64,000 bases of DNA, taken from positions 384,001 through 448,000 of the forward strand of contig CAWGJT010000006.1 in NCBI GenBank assembly GCA_963822965.1, given 5' to 3'. The DNA is from an uncultured delta proteobacterium (GTDB lineage Bacteria > Myxococcota_A > UBA9160 > UBA4427). Each line of letters opens with the position of its first letter. Position 1 is the first letter of the stretch. The notes under the pieces are model-generated. The model saw only the letters and a program-made list of their open reading frames with translations. It ran no database searches and had not been told where the DNA came from. Made by a program: the position numbers and the translations under genes. Positions 28,894-37,913 of this stretch are shown here, one piece after another.

Positions 28894-30150
28894 ATGTCCG
28901 ACGCCCCCAGCCGCGCCCCGGTCTCCGTCTCCGAGTCGGTTCCCGACCCGGGTGACCCGCGGATCGCCGACGGCTCCGCCTGGGAGCGCTTCGCCTCGCG
29001 GCTGCTGCGGTCGGCCGACCTCGTCGTCGGCGACGGGGTGCCCGACTCCCCGCAGCTGCGCGCCGAAGGCTTCCGCTACCTGACGCGCTTCCTCGAGGCC
29101 GGGATCCGGCTGTGCGTGTCCCACAACGACCCGGACTACCCGATCTTCGGGCGCATGATCGAGTACACGATGACCTGGGGCCTGGACGCGCCGGACTGCC
29201 TCTACGTCTACGCGCCCCTGCGAGGAGACGCCTGCTACCGGGTCGAGGGATTCCGGGGCACGGCCAACCACATCGACATCCAGGTCAACGCCGGTCACTA
29301 CGCCGAGGGCAACGTCGCCTCGTGGGCCACGATCTCGTCGCTCTCGGGCTTCGACCTCGCCCAGCAGGAGGACGGCCGCTTCGACCTGGTGCTCGGGGGC
29401 CGGCGCGAAGACCACCCCGGGGCCACGAACTGGCTGCCCTTGCGCGAAGACGCCGGCTTCCTGCTCATCCGCCAGTACTTCGCGGACTGGGAGCGCGAGC
29501 GCCCGGCCGACCTGGAGATCGAGCGCATCGGCGCCGTATACCCGATTCCGCCCGCTCGCTGCGGCCGCGTGGCCGACCAGCTCGCGCTGCTCGAGACCTG
29601 GCTGGCGCGGGGCGGCGCCCTGTGGGAGCGGATGAGCCGCAGCTTCCTCGGGCTCGCCCCCAACAGCCTGATCGTGCACCTGCCCCAGGGCGCCAGCGAG
29701 CACACCGGCATGGCGGGCCAGGCCTACGGAATCGGGAACTTCCGCTGCGAGCCCGACGAGGCGGTGATCGTCGAGCTCCGCCCGCCGGACTGCCATCACT
29801 GGAGCGTGAGCCTCGCCAGCTACTACTGGGAGAGCATCGACTACGCGACGCGCCAGACCTCGCTCAACCAGCACCAGGCGGTGCTCGACGCGGACGGCGT
29901 GTTCCGCGCCGTGATCGCCCACCGCGACCCGGGCTTCGCCAACTGGCTGGACACGGGCGGCCACCGCGAAGGCTCCATCGCCGCTCGCTTCCTGCGCGCG
30001 GCGGCGGCCCCGACGCCCGAGCTGCGCGCCGTCCCCCTCTCGCGCCTGGACGCCGCGCTACCGGCCGACACCCCCCGCGTCGACCCGGACGCGCGCCGCG
30101 ACATCCTGACGCGACGGCGCCGGGCGGTGCTCCGCCGCTACCGGGTCTGA
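28894..30150 (+). CDS. DUF1214-like conserved protein (type often found next to sulfotransferases)
   Basis: RAEGFRYLTR, WGLDAPDCLY, IRQYFADW, ESIDY..RQTSLN, AHRDPGFANWLDTGGH. Confidence 0.75.
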   Translation: MSDAPSRAPVSVSESVPDPGDPRIADGSAWERFASRLLRSADLVVGDGVPDSPQLRAEGFRYLTRFLEAGIRLCVSHNDPDYPIFGRMIEYTMTWGLDAPDCLYVYAPLRGDACYRVEGFRGTANHIDIQVNAGHYAEGNVASWATISSLSGFDLAQQEDGRFDLVLGGRREDHPGATNWLPLREDAGFLLIRQYFADWERERPADLEIERIGAVYPIPPARCGRVADQLALLETWLARGGALWERMSRSFLGLAPNSLIVHLPQGASEHTGMAGQAYGIGNFRCEPDEAVIVELRPPDCHHWSVSLASYYWESIDYATRQTSLNQHQAVLDADGVFRAVIAHRDPGFANWLDTGGHREGSIAARFLRAAAAPTPELRAVPLSRLDAALPADTPRVDPDARRDILTRRRRAVLRRYRV

Positions 30151-31473
30151 GTCCGGGTCCGGGCGAGGCGCCTTCGGGTCCCAGCCGTCGCGCAGCTCGC
30201 GCAGGGTGTGCACGCGGCGGCGGGCGGCCCGATCGACGAGAGCGTCGAGCCGGGACGACAGATCGTCGCTCGCCACCAGCACCTCCCGCTCCCGCCGCTC
30301 CACACGGATCGGCAGCGCGAGCCCGGCACGCCGGGCCACCGCCGGGGCGATCTCGCGATAGGCCGCCTCGAACTCCACGGCGTCCTCCGGCGTGTCCCAG
30401 GCGGTGAGCCACAACAGCGCCCGGCGGCCGTCGCAGCGGGAGGCCAGGTAGCGGTCGCCGTCCCAGCCGCTCCAGACGCCGGGGTCGACCGGCGTCTCGG
30501 ACAGGTCGCCGAAGAGCACGCTGAGCTGCTCCTCTCCCACCGTGTTCTCGGTCATCGGCTCGCAGCCGGGGGGCAACGCGTCCGCTACGGCCTGGAGGTC
30601 GAAGCTGAAGAAGTCCGCGTGTCGCAGCTCGGGGTGAACGACCTGCTCGGTGGACACGGGCGGGTCCTCGAGCAGCGCGAAGCGCTCGCGCAGCGCCAGC
30701 CGGTAGCCCTTCGCATACGGAAATCCCAGCAGCTCGCGGATCAACGCGGGCGCGGTCGCCAGGGCGCCGCCCGGCTCGGCCAGCCCCTCGCGGAAGGAGG
30801 CGTCGAGCTGTTCCGGCGCGGGAAGCTGCCCACTGATCGAGAGGATCCCGTAGAGCATCGCGTCGCCCTCGAAGGCGGCCTGCATGGCCAGCCCCACGTC
30901 GTCCTGGTCCGGGTACATCGAGTCGGCCTCGAACAGCTCGGGATGGGCCTGGTGCTGGAGCAGGTGCACGACCTCGTGGGACAGGGTCATCTCGAGGAGC
31001 AGGTCGCGGCCCGTGAGCGACGAGAGCAGCCACACCGAGGGCGGCACGTCGGGATCGCCCAGCACCAGCAGCGCGGACTGGCTCGGCAGGTAGAGCCCCG
31101 CCACCTCCTCGCCCATCACGCCCACGTAGTCGTCGAAGAGCTCCCGGTCCGCGGGCCAGAGGCCCACGGTCACGATTCCCGCCTCGTAGTCGGCGATCTG
31201 GTGCTGCGTGCGATTGGCGACCACCTCGGCGGCGATTGCGTCCCGCATTCCCTCCTGGGTGACGACCCGCACGTCGATGGGCCGCTTCGCCCGGAGACCC
31301 CGCGCTGCCTCGACCCGGGACACCAGCGTCTCGAGGGCGTCGTTCTGGACCTGACCGTCCTCCACCATCGAGTACGCGCAGGCGACGAGCCCCGCGCAGG
31401 AAAGCGCGATCACCCCGACCGCGAGCGCGCGGCGCCGTCCTACGGGGCGCCGGACGGGACCGGGCTGGGGCAC
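30058..31473 (-). CDS. Lipoprotein with HExxH zinc-metallopeptidase-like motif
   Basis: Lipobox LVAC, AGLY, LSHEVVHLLQHQ, AFEGDA, FPYAKG, PPVSTEQVVHPE, GWDGDRY; 3' end overlaps the convergent gene by 93 bp. Confidence 0.8.
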   Translation of the reverse strand: MPQPGPVRRPVGRRRALAVGVIALSCAGLVACAYSMVEDGQVQNDALETLVSRVEAARGLRAKRPIDVRVVTQEGMRDAIAAEVVANRTQHQIADYEAGIVTVGLWPADRELFDDYVGVMGEEVAGLYLPSQSALLVLGDPDVPPSVWLLSSLTGRDLLLEMTLSHEVVHLLQHQAHPELFEADSMYPDQDDVGLAMQAAFEGDAMLYGILSISGQLPAPEQLDASFREGLAEPGGALATAPALIRELLGFPYAKGYRLALRERFALLEDPPVSTEQVVHPELRHADFFSFDLQAVADALPPGCEPMTENTVGEEQLSVLFGDLSETPVDPGVWSGWDGDRYLASRCDGRRALLWLTAWDTPEDAVEFEAAYREIAPAVARRAGLALPIRVERREREVLVASDDLSSRLDALVDRAARRRVHTLRELRDGWDPKAPRPDPDSDPVAAEHRPAPSRQDVAARVRVDAGGVGR

Positions 31474-32169
31474 TCAGGGCACCGCCGCCAGGGCTTCGAG
31501 CTGCAGGGTCTGGAAGTCGCGCATGACGAGGTCCCGCGAGAAGAGGCCGGCGCTGTAGATGTTCCGAACGTCTCCTCGGTCGTCCACCAGGAACACCTTG
31601 AGGACGTGCCGGATGAGCGGCGTCTCGCGGTCGGCCGCACCGGGCTCCTCGCCGGCGACCCGCAAGCGCAGGGTGTCCTGGTCGAAGGACGCAAGCACCG
31701 GCTCGATGTCGGCGGGCGTGGCCGCCGTGAGGAAGCGCCAGTCGGAGCGGGGCGCGAAACGCTCGCGCAGCTCCGCCATCTGCTCGGGGCGGTCGCGCTC
31801 GGGGTCGAAGCTCACCGTCACCAGGCGTACCCGCTCGCGCAGGGCCGGGTCGGCGGCGACGCTGCGGTCCACCTGCTCGAACACGGCCAGGGCGGCGGGA
31901 CAGGCCGCCGGACACGCCGTGTAGACCAGCGACACCAGCGCGACCTGTCCGGGCGCGAGACCGAGCATCCGCACCTTCTCGCCGTTCGAGTCGAGCAGCC
32001 AGTGGTCCTCCACCCGCGCGATGGCGGGAAGCTCGTAGCTCCCCGGCGCGGGCAGCGAGAGCTGCGGAGCCGGCGGCTCGGCCGGGGGCGTCGCGTCCGC
32101 CGCCGGCGCCGGGCCCGCCAGCGCCTGGGCGAGCAGCAGCGCCGCAGCCAGCCGCACGCGCGCGCTCAC
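31474..32169 (-). CDS. SCO1/SenC copper chaperone
   Basis: Signal peptide, YTACPAACP (CxxxC), VSFDPERD, WRFLT, conserved His in IRHVLKVFLVD; GTGA overlap with the upstream gene. Confidence 0.9.
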   Translation of the reverse strand: MSARVRLAAALLLAQALAGPAPAADATPPAEPPAPQLSLPAPGSYELPAIARVEDHWLLDSNGEKVRMLGLAPGQVALVSLVYTACPAACPAALAVFEQVDRSVAADPALRERVRLVTVSFDPERDRPEQMAELRERFAPRSDWRFLTAATPADIEPVLASFDQDTLRLRVAGEEPGAADRETPLIRHVLKVFLVDDRGDVRNIYSAGLFSRDLVMRDFQTLQLEALAAVP

Positions 32170-33533
32170 TCGCCGGCCCCGCCGCCGACCGCCGCGTCGA
32201 CGACCCGTCCCGCGAAGGCCCCTGCGACCTGGCCGCCGGAGGCGTCCGCGACCTTGCCTTTGTAAAAGTCGATCGAGCCGAAACGCATGATGTGCGGGCG
32301 GCCCAGGCCCTGGGCGCGGAAGTCGACCTGGAAGAGCGGCTCGAGGCTCTTTCCGTCCCACGAGAAGGCCTTGAGGAACTGCTCGTCCTCCTGGCCGGAC
32401 TTGTCCCAGCTCGCGAGCAGCGAAGACGTGAAGTACACGCGCTCCCCGTCCCAGGTCTGGGAGACCATGTTGAGCTGCGAGCCGATCTTCTTCTCGAGCA
32501 CGACCTTCGGCTGACGCGGACTCGAGACGTCGAAGACGCGCACCGTCCCGTCCATGAAGCTGTCCACGAAGAGGAAGCGGTCGTCCGCGGACAGGCTGAT
32601 ATCGACGGGCAGCGGCAGCTTGGCCGGATCGCCGATATCTGCCAGGGGCACCGCCTCGAAGGTGCCGTCGTCCTTCAGGAAGACCCCCCAGAGCTTGGCG
32701 GTGAGGGCCGCCGACGTGAACGCGTAGTCGTGACGCGGCTGGAGCGCCCAACGGATCTCGAGGGGCGCTCCGGGCACGTCCAGCACCTGAAGGGGCTGTC
32801 GCGCGTGGTGGTCCCACACGACCATGGTGTTGCCGAAGTTCTTCATCGCCTCGGCGTCGCCCATCAGCTCCCGCAGGTCACGCATGTAGTTGTTGCGCCC
32901 GGTGAACGACGACGTGAGCATGCGGTTCAGGCGGGCGTTGACCCGGGCGTCGTAGCCGTAGACCGCGCCTTCGGGCATCCAGGTGGTGCGCACGAACTCG
33001 CCCCGGTTGTTGAGCTCGACGATGCCGGTGCGGCCGCCTCCGTCGCGGGTGTTCGAGAGCCCCGTGATCATCATCCGCCCCGGCAGCGCGTAGAAGGTGT
33101 GCGGACCCACCACGCCGCCGCTGCGCTCCGCGAAGTCCTCGATGCGCTGCACGAGCTTGGGGTTCGCGGGATCGGTGGCGACGTCGAAGATGAAGATCTG
33201 GCTGTCGTCGAGCCCGCCCGCCCAGAAGAAGCGGCGGTCGTCGGTGAAGCCGCCGTGGTGCGCCTCGTGGCGCCCGCCCACCGAGGCCGTCGCCACGACC
33301 TTGCCGTAGTCGGGCCGCTTCGGGTTCGCGCCGATGGTGACGAGCTTGTCCGAGCCGTCGCCCAGACCCGGGGCGCCCAGCGTCCAGACGTAGACGAAGT
33401 CCTCCTGTCCGACGATCTTCGCCAGGTAGGGAGACTGGCAGGTCTCGTCGGCGGTGGCCGCCGCCGCCAGTCCGCACGCCAGCACGAGCCCACTCAAGAA
33501 GCGGCCGATCCTTGCGGTCGTTCCGAAACCCAT
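32166..33533 (-). CDS. mtoX: SBP56-family periplasmic protein, probable methanethiol oxidase
   Basis: Signal peptide, then ADETCQSPY..GQEDFVYVWTLG, EAHHGGFTDDRR, GPHTFYALPGR, PLEIRW, NMVSQTWDG..YFTSSLLASWD, GRPH; adjacent SCO gene. Confidence 0.85.
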   Translation of the reverse strand: MGFGTTARIGRFLSGLVLACGLAAAATADETCQSPYLAKIVGQEDFVYVWTLGAPGLGDGSDKLVTIGANPKRPDYGKVVATASVGGRHEAHHGGFTDDRRFFWAGGLDDSQIFIFDVATDPANPKLVQRIEDFAERSGGVVGPHTFYALPGRMMITGLSNTRDGGGRTGIVELNNRGEFVRTTWMPEGAVYGYDARVNARLNRMLTSSFTGRNNYMRDLRELMGDAEAMKNFGNTMVVWDHHARQPLQVLDVPGAPLEIRWALQPRHDYAFTSAALTAKLWGVFLKDDGTFEAVPLADIGDPAKLPLPVDISLSADDRFLFVDSFMDGTVRVFDVSSPRQPKVVLEKKIGSQLNMVSQTWDGERVYFTSSLLASWDKSGQEDEQFLKAFSWDGKSLEPLFQVDFRAQGLGRPHIMRFGSIDFYKGKVADASGGQVAGAFAGRVVDAAVGGGAGE

Positions 33534-33562
33534 CTCCACGCCCTCCCGTGTGCGGTTGCTCG

Positions 33563-34768
33563 TCAGACGATGATCGCACGCTCGCGCAGGGCGGCGATCT
33601 CGTCTTCGCTGCGCCCCAGCTCGCGCAGGATCTCTTCGCTGTGCTCGCCGTGCGCGGGCGCCATGCTCCGGGGCGCCCAGGGCGTCCCCCCGAAGTCGAC
33701 CGGCGTCGCCGGCAGCAGGGTCGTTCCGTCTCCGTCGGGCACCGCCACCAGGCCGCCCGAGGCCAGCACCTGGGGATCCGAGAGCACCTCCTGGGTGGTC
33801 TGAACCGGCGCCCACCAGAGATCCTCCTCGGCGTCGAAGACCGCGCCCCACTCGTCCCGGGTGCGGGTGGCGAAGATGGCGTCCAGCGCGGCGATGAGCT
33901 CCCCGGCGTTCTGGACCCGCGCCTCCACGGTTGCGAAGCGCGGGTCGGAGATCCACTCCGGGTGCCCCACGGCACGCGCCAGGGAGGGCCAGTGCCGTTC
34001 CGCCTCGAGGCCGACGATCCAGAACCAGCGACCGTCCTTGTCCGCATAGTTGTTGATGCAGGGGTTGCCCATGGTCTTGCGGTCGGCGACCTGCAGCGGG
34101 ACGCCGAAGCGGACGCCGAGGGAGAGGTCGAAGCTCAGGGTGTAGAGGCCTTCGCGCAGGAGCGACGTGCTGACGAGCTGCCCCTTGCCGGTCTTCTCCC
34201 GGGAGTACAGGGCGGCGGAGATCGCGGCCGCGGCGGCGAGGCCCGCGTTGTGATCTCCCATGCCGCCGCGCTGGAAGGGCGGATGGTTGCCGGGGGAGGT
34301 CAGGCTGGCGGCGATGCCCGAGCGCGCCCAGAAGCCCGCGATGTCGTAGGCCGCCCGATCCGCGTCCGGTCCCTCCAGCCCGTAGCCCGAGATGACCGCG
34401 TAGACCAGGCGCGGACAGCGGGCGAGCAGGGTGTCGGCGTCGAGACCCAGGCGCGCGAGCGCCTTCATGCGCACGTTGGTCACGAAGACGTCGGCCCCGT
34501 CGACGAGCTCCAGGGCGATCTCGCGTCCCATCTCGCTCGCCAGGTCGACCACGATGCTGCGTTTGCTGCGGTTGTCGTTCTCGAAGATCGGATTGAACGG
34601 AAGGTCGGCGCCGAACATGCGGCTGAACGTGCGCGCCGGGTCGCCGATGCCCGGAGGCTCGATCTTGACCACGTCGGCTCCCCAGTCCGCCAGGATCCCG
34701 CCGGCGGCGGGCCCTGCGACCCAGACGCCGATCTCCACCACCCTCACACCATCCATGGGACCGGGCAT
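33563..34768 (-). CDS. Family III CoA-transferase (CaiB/BaiF)
   Basis: GVRVVEIGVWVAGP, LADWGADVVKIEPP, NRSKRS, GMGDH. Confidence 0.93.
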   Translation of the reverse strand: MPGPMDGVRVVEIGVWVAGPAAGGILADWGADVVKIEPPGIGDPARTFSRMFGADLPFNPIFENDNRSKRSIVVDLASEMGREIALELVDGADVFVTNVRMKALARLGLDADTLLARCPRLVYAVISGYGLEGPDADRAAYDIAGFWARSGIAASLTSPGNHPPFQRGGMGDHNAGLAAAAAISAALYSREKTGKGQLVSTSLLREGLYTLSFDLSLGVRFGVPLQVADRKTMGNPCINNYADKDGRWFWIVGLEAERHWPSLARAVGHPEWISDPRFATVEARVQNAGELIAALDAIFATRTRDEWGAVFDAEEDLWWAPVQTTQEVLSDPQVLASGGLVAVPDGDGTTLLPATPVDFGGTPWAPRSMAPAHGEHSEEILRELGRSEDEIAALRERAIIV

Positions 34769-34785
34769 GCCTTCCTCCTCGGCCT

Positions 34786-35865
34786 TCAGTCTATCCACTT
34801 CGCCGAGCCCGCGGTGCCGGCCTCGACGATCTCGTCGACGAGGCCCCAGCGCAGCGCCGTCGCGACGTCGATCCGCTCGCCCGAGATGGCGAGCCAGGCG
34901 GTGCGGTGGCGGCCGATCCGCCGGGGCAGGCTCGCCGTGCCACCGGCCCCCGGCACCAGCCCCATGGACAGCTCGGGAAGCTGGAAGAACGCGCCCTCCA
35001 GCGCGACCACCCGGCCCGCGAAGGCCGGCAGCTCCACCCCGGCTCCCACACAGGCGCCGTGGACCCGCGCCACGGTGCGCTCCCCGCAGGCCAGCAGCAG
35101 GCGCGCCGGATTCCGAATCGAGCGCACCGCGTGGGCGGTGGCCGGATCCGGCAGGTCACCGAACTCGGCGAGGTCGCCGCCGCTGCTGAACGAGGGTCCC
35201 TCGCCCCGCAGCACGATCTCGCGCACCGAGTCGTCCGCCACGGCCATCTGCAGCCCTTCCACCAGCGCGTCGCGCATGGCCACCGAAAAGGCGTTGTGCC
35301 GGCGCGGCCGGTTCAGGGTGAGCACCAGCTGCGCGTCCCAGCGCTCTACACGCACCGCGGGGCCGGTCTCCTCGGGCGGCGGCGGGGGGCGGTCCCGTCC
35401 GGCGATCCAGGCCGCGAACTCGGGCCCCGCCTGCAACGTGGAGTAGACCAGGCTCTCGGCCACCAGCGCGTGATGCGGTCCCTCCGAATCGCCCCGGCGC
35501 AGGAGCTGCACCAGGGCGAGGGCGGCGAGCGGGGCCCGCAGGATCGCGTCCACCAGGGGCGCCGCCGCGTCGGCAGAGAGCACCACGAGGTCGAAGCGAT
35601 CCGCGAGCGCCGCCGCGGCGGGCGTCTCGCCCGGGCAGATGGCGATGGTCGGACAGGCCAGCTGCTCCAGGGCCGTCCGGAGCGCCTCGCGGGAATCCCG
35701 CGGCGGCGGGTCGCCGGCGCCGGCAAAGTCGACGAGAAGCGCCGGCTGGCCGGTGAGCGGCGAGAAGCGCTCCTGGGCGTAGGGCGAGCGCAGCGCGTCC
35801 ATGGCATCGGCGAGCCGCAGGACGTCCGGACGAGCCATGGACGCGTCGGCCGGGTGCGTCGTCAC
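34786..35865 (-). CDS. Enoyl-CoA hydratase/isomerase with N-terminal extension
   Basis: LNRPRRHNAF, FSSGGDLAEFG, HGACVGAGVE, LPELSMGLVPGAGGT. Confidence 0.88.
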   Translation of the reverse strand: MTTHPADASMARPDVLRLADAMDALRSPYAQERFSPLTGQPALLVDFAGAGDPPPRDSREALRTALEQLACPTIAICPGETPAAAALADRFDLVVLSADAAAPLVDAILRAPLAALALVQLLRRGDSEGPHHALVAESLVYSTLQAGPEFAAWIAGRDRPPPPPEETGPAVRVERWDAQLVLTLNRPRRHNAFSVAMRDALVEGLQMAVADDSVREIVLRGEGPSFSSGGDLAEFGDLPDPATAHAVRSIRNPARLLLACGERTVARVHGACVGAGVELPAFAGRVVALEGAFFQLPELSMGLVPGAGGTASLPRRIGRHRTAWLAISGERIDVATALRWGLVDEIVEAGTAGSAKWID

Positions 35866-35875
35866 GGTGCCGGGA

Positions 35876-37381
35876 CTAGGACTCGGCGAGCTCGGCGCGG
35901 ACCTGACGGCGCAGGAGCTTGCCGGTCTCGTTGTAGGGGAGCTCGTCGCGAAACTCGATGCGCTGGGGTACCCGCGAGGAGCGCAGGTGCTCCTTCACCC
36001 ACTCCTGCAGGGTCTCCACGTCGGCGCCGGCGCCCGCCCGCAGCACGACGGCGGCCGCCACGGCCTCACCCCACTGCTCGTCGGGAACGCCGACCACCGC
36101 GGCGTCCGCCACCGCCGGATGCTCGAGCAGCACGTCCTCGATCTCACCGGGCGACAGGTTCTCGCCCCCGCGCACGATCACGTCGTCGATGCGCCCCTCG
36201 ACGAAGAGATAGCCCTCTTCGTCCATCGAGCCGCCGTCCCGGGTTGCGAACCAGCCTTCGTCCGAGAGCAGGCTGCCCCGTCCCAGGTACTCGCCGGACA
36301 CCTGCTCCCCGCGCACGCAGATCTCCCCGCGCTCGCCCGGGCCGACGGACTTGCCGTCCTCGTCGCAGATGCGCACCTCGAGCGCCGGGAGTGGCCGGCC
36401 CACGGACACCAGCCGGCGGCGCACGCTCGGATCGTCGCTGCCCGCGGCCGCTCGGTGATCGTCCGGGGTGAGCACGGAGATCGTCGAGCTCGTCTCCGTC
36501 AGCCCGTAGGCGTTCGTGAAGTCGGTCGACGGGAACAGGCGCATCGCCCTCTCGATCACGGGCAGGGGCATCTTGCCCCCGCCGTACGAGATCGCCCGCA
36601 AGGTCGACAGGTCGGCGGTGTCCGCACCGCCGAGAGCGTCGATGATGCGGGAGAGCATGGTGGGCACGACGAAGGCGTTGGTGACGCGTTCGCCCCGCGC
36701 CAGGTCGAGCCACGCCTCGGCGTCGAAGTTCGGCAGCTGTACGATGCGGCGACCCGAGTAGACCGAGCTGGCGATCGCCGCCATGCCTGCCACGTGGTAG
36801 GGCGGCACGCTCACCAGGGCCGCGTCCTCCTCGCCGGCCCCCATGAACTCCACCGAGCCCAGCACGTACGAGACCATGTGCTTGTGCCGCAGCACCGCCG
36901 CCTTGGGCGCGCCGGTGGTCCCGCTCGTGAAGAGCAGGATCGCGATGTCGTCGGGATCCATCGGCCAGCTGGCGTCGGACGCCACGTCGCCGGGAGCCGT
37001 CACCTCCGACAGCCACTCGTCGCGCTCCACCACCTGGATGCCGTCGATCTTCGAGAGTGAGGGCGCGCGCTCGGCGTCGGTGACCAGCAGCGCCGGAGCG
37101 ATCTGGGACGCGAGCCGCTCCACCTCCTCGGCGGTGAGCCGGTAGTTGAGGGGCGCGAAGGGCCGTCCCGACCAGGCGCTCCCGAAGAGCGCGATCGGCA
37201 CCGCCGGACTGCTCACGTCGAGGATCGCGACGCGTTCGACGCCGGCGGCCTGGATGGAGGCGGCCGCCCGGCCCGCGGCGCGGAACAGGTCGGCGTAGGA
37301 GAGCGAGCGGCCGCCGCTCGTCACGGCGATCCGATCGCCGAAGGCCGAGGAGGCCATCTCGAGCAGCATCATCAGGTTCAT
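35876..37381 (-). CDS. Acyl-CoA synthetase (class I adenylate-forming)
   Basis: FTSGTTGAPK, AYGLTET, TRDGG, GRIDDVIVRGGEN, LPYNETGK. Confidence 0.94.
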   Translation of the reverse strand: MNLMMLLEMASSAFGDRIAVTSGGRSLSYADLFRAAGRAAASIQAAGVERVAILDVSSPAVPIALFGSAWSGRPFAPLNYRLTAEEVERLASQIAPALLVTDAERAPSLSKIDGIQVVERDEWLSEVTAPGDVASDASWPMDPDDIAILLFTSGTTGAPKAAVLRHKHMVSYVLGSVEFMGAGEEDAALVSVPPYHVAGMAAIASSVYSGRRIVQLPNFDAEAWLDLARGERVTNAFVVPTMLSRIIDALGGADTADLSTLRAISYGGGKMPLPVIERAMRLFPSTDFTNAYGLTETSSTISVLTPDDHRAAAGSDDPSVRRRLVSVGRPLPALEVRICDEDGKSVGPGERGEICVRGEQVSGEYLGRGSLLSDEGWFATRDGGSMDEEGYLFVEGRIDDVIVRGGENLSPGEIEDVLLEHPAVADAAVVGVPDEQWGEAVAAAVVLRAGAGADVETLQEWVKEHLRSSRVPQRIEFRDELPYNETGKLLRRQVRAELAES

Positions 37382-37439
37382 CGGGTCACCTGCCGGGCCT
37401 TCGCCGGGGTCGCCATCGTCGTTCGCGCCGCCGGAGGGG

Positions 37440-37751
37440 TCAGTCCGACGACGGCAGGGGCTTCGCCCCCTTCACGCTGAGCAGCGCGCCGCTCGCCCCC
37501 AGCGAGCCCTTTCCGGGCTTCGTGCAGAGCAGCTCCAGATCGCCTGCCTCGTTCACGTAGCGCTTGCCGATCTGGGTGCCCCCGGCGGCGCCCTCGGAGA
37601 GGGTCTGCCCGGCGGGCGCCGTGGCGCCCAGGTCCACCATCGAGGCACCCCCACACGTGACGTCGATGTCCTGCTGGGGCGCCAGCACGACCATCACCTC
37701 CGTGTCGCACACGACGCTCTTCAGTCGACTTCCCGCCTTGAGCTTGGCCAT
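37440..37751 (-). CDS. Small conserved hypothetical protein (103 aa) with an internal repeat
   Basis: GGAGG RBS; GC3-rich; KAGSRLKSVVCDTEVMVV...TCGGASM and QIGKRYVN...ELLCTKPGKGSL; ends KPLPSSD. Confidence 0.82.
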   Translation of the reverse strand: MAKLKAGSRLKSVVCDTEVMVVLAPQQDIDVTCGGASMVDLGATAPAGQTLSEGAAGGTQIGKRYVNEAGDLELLCTKPGKGSLGASGALLSVKGAKPLPSSD

Positions 37752-37913
37752 GAATCCTGTCCTACCTCCGCGCATGGATCGGGTCCGAGCCGTCCCGTTG
37801 CACCCGGACCCTTCGAACCGCGCCTGTCGAAAGAGTCCGGGACGATAGCCACTCCCCGATCGGGTGGCAGGGCGATGCGGTCCTGGGCGACGATGACGAC
37901 CGCGAGGTCCGAG

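Noticed and set aside
30058..30150. 93-bp convergent overlap as a functional overlapping gene
   Set aside because: The overlapping tail is low-complexity and typical of stop-codon drift in GC-rich genomes
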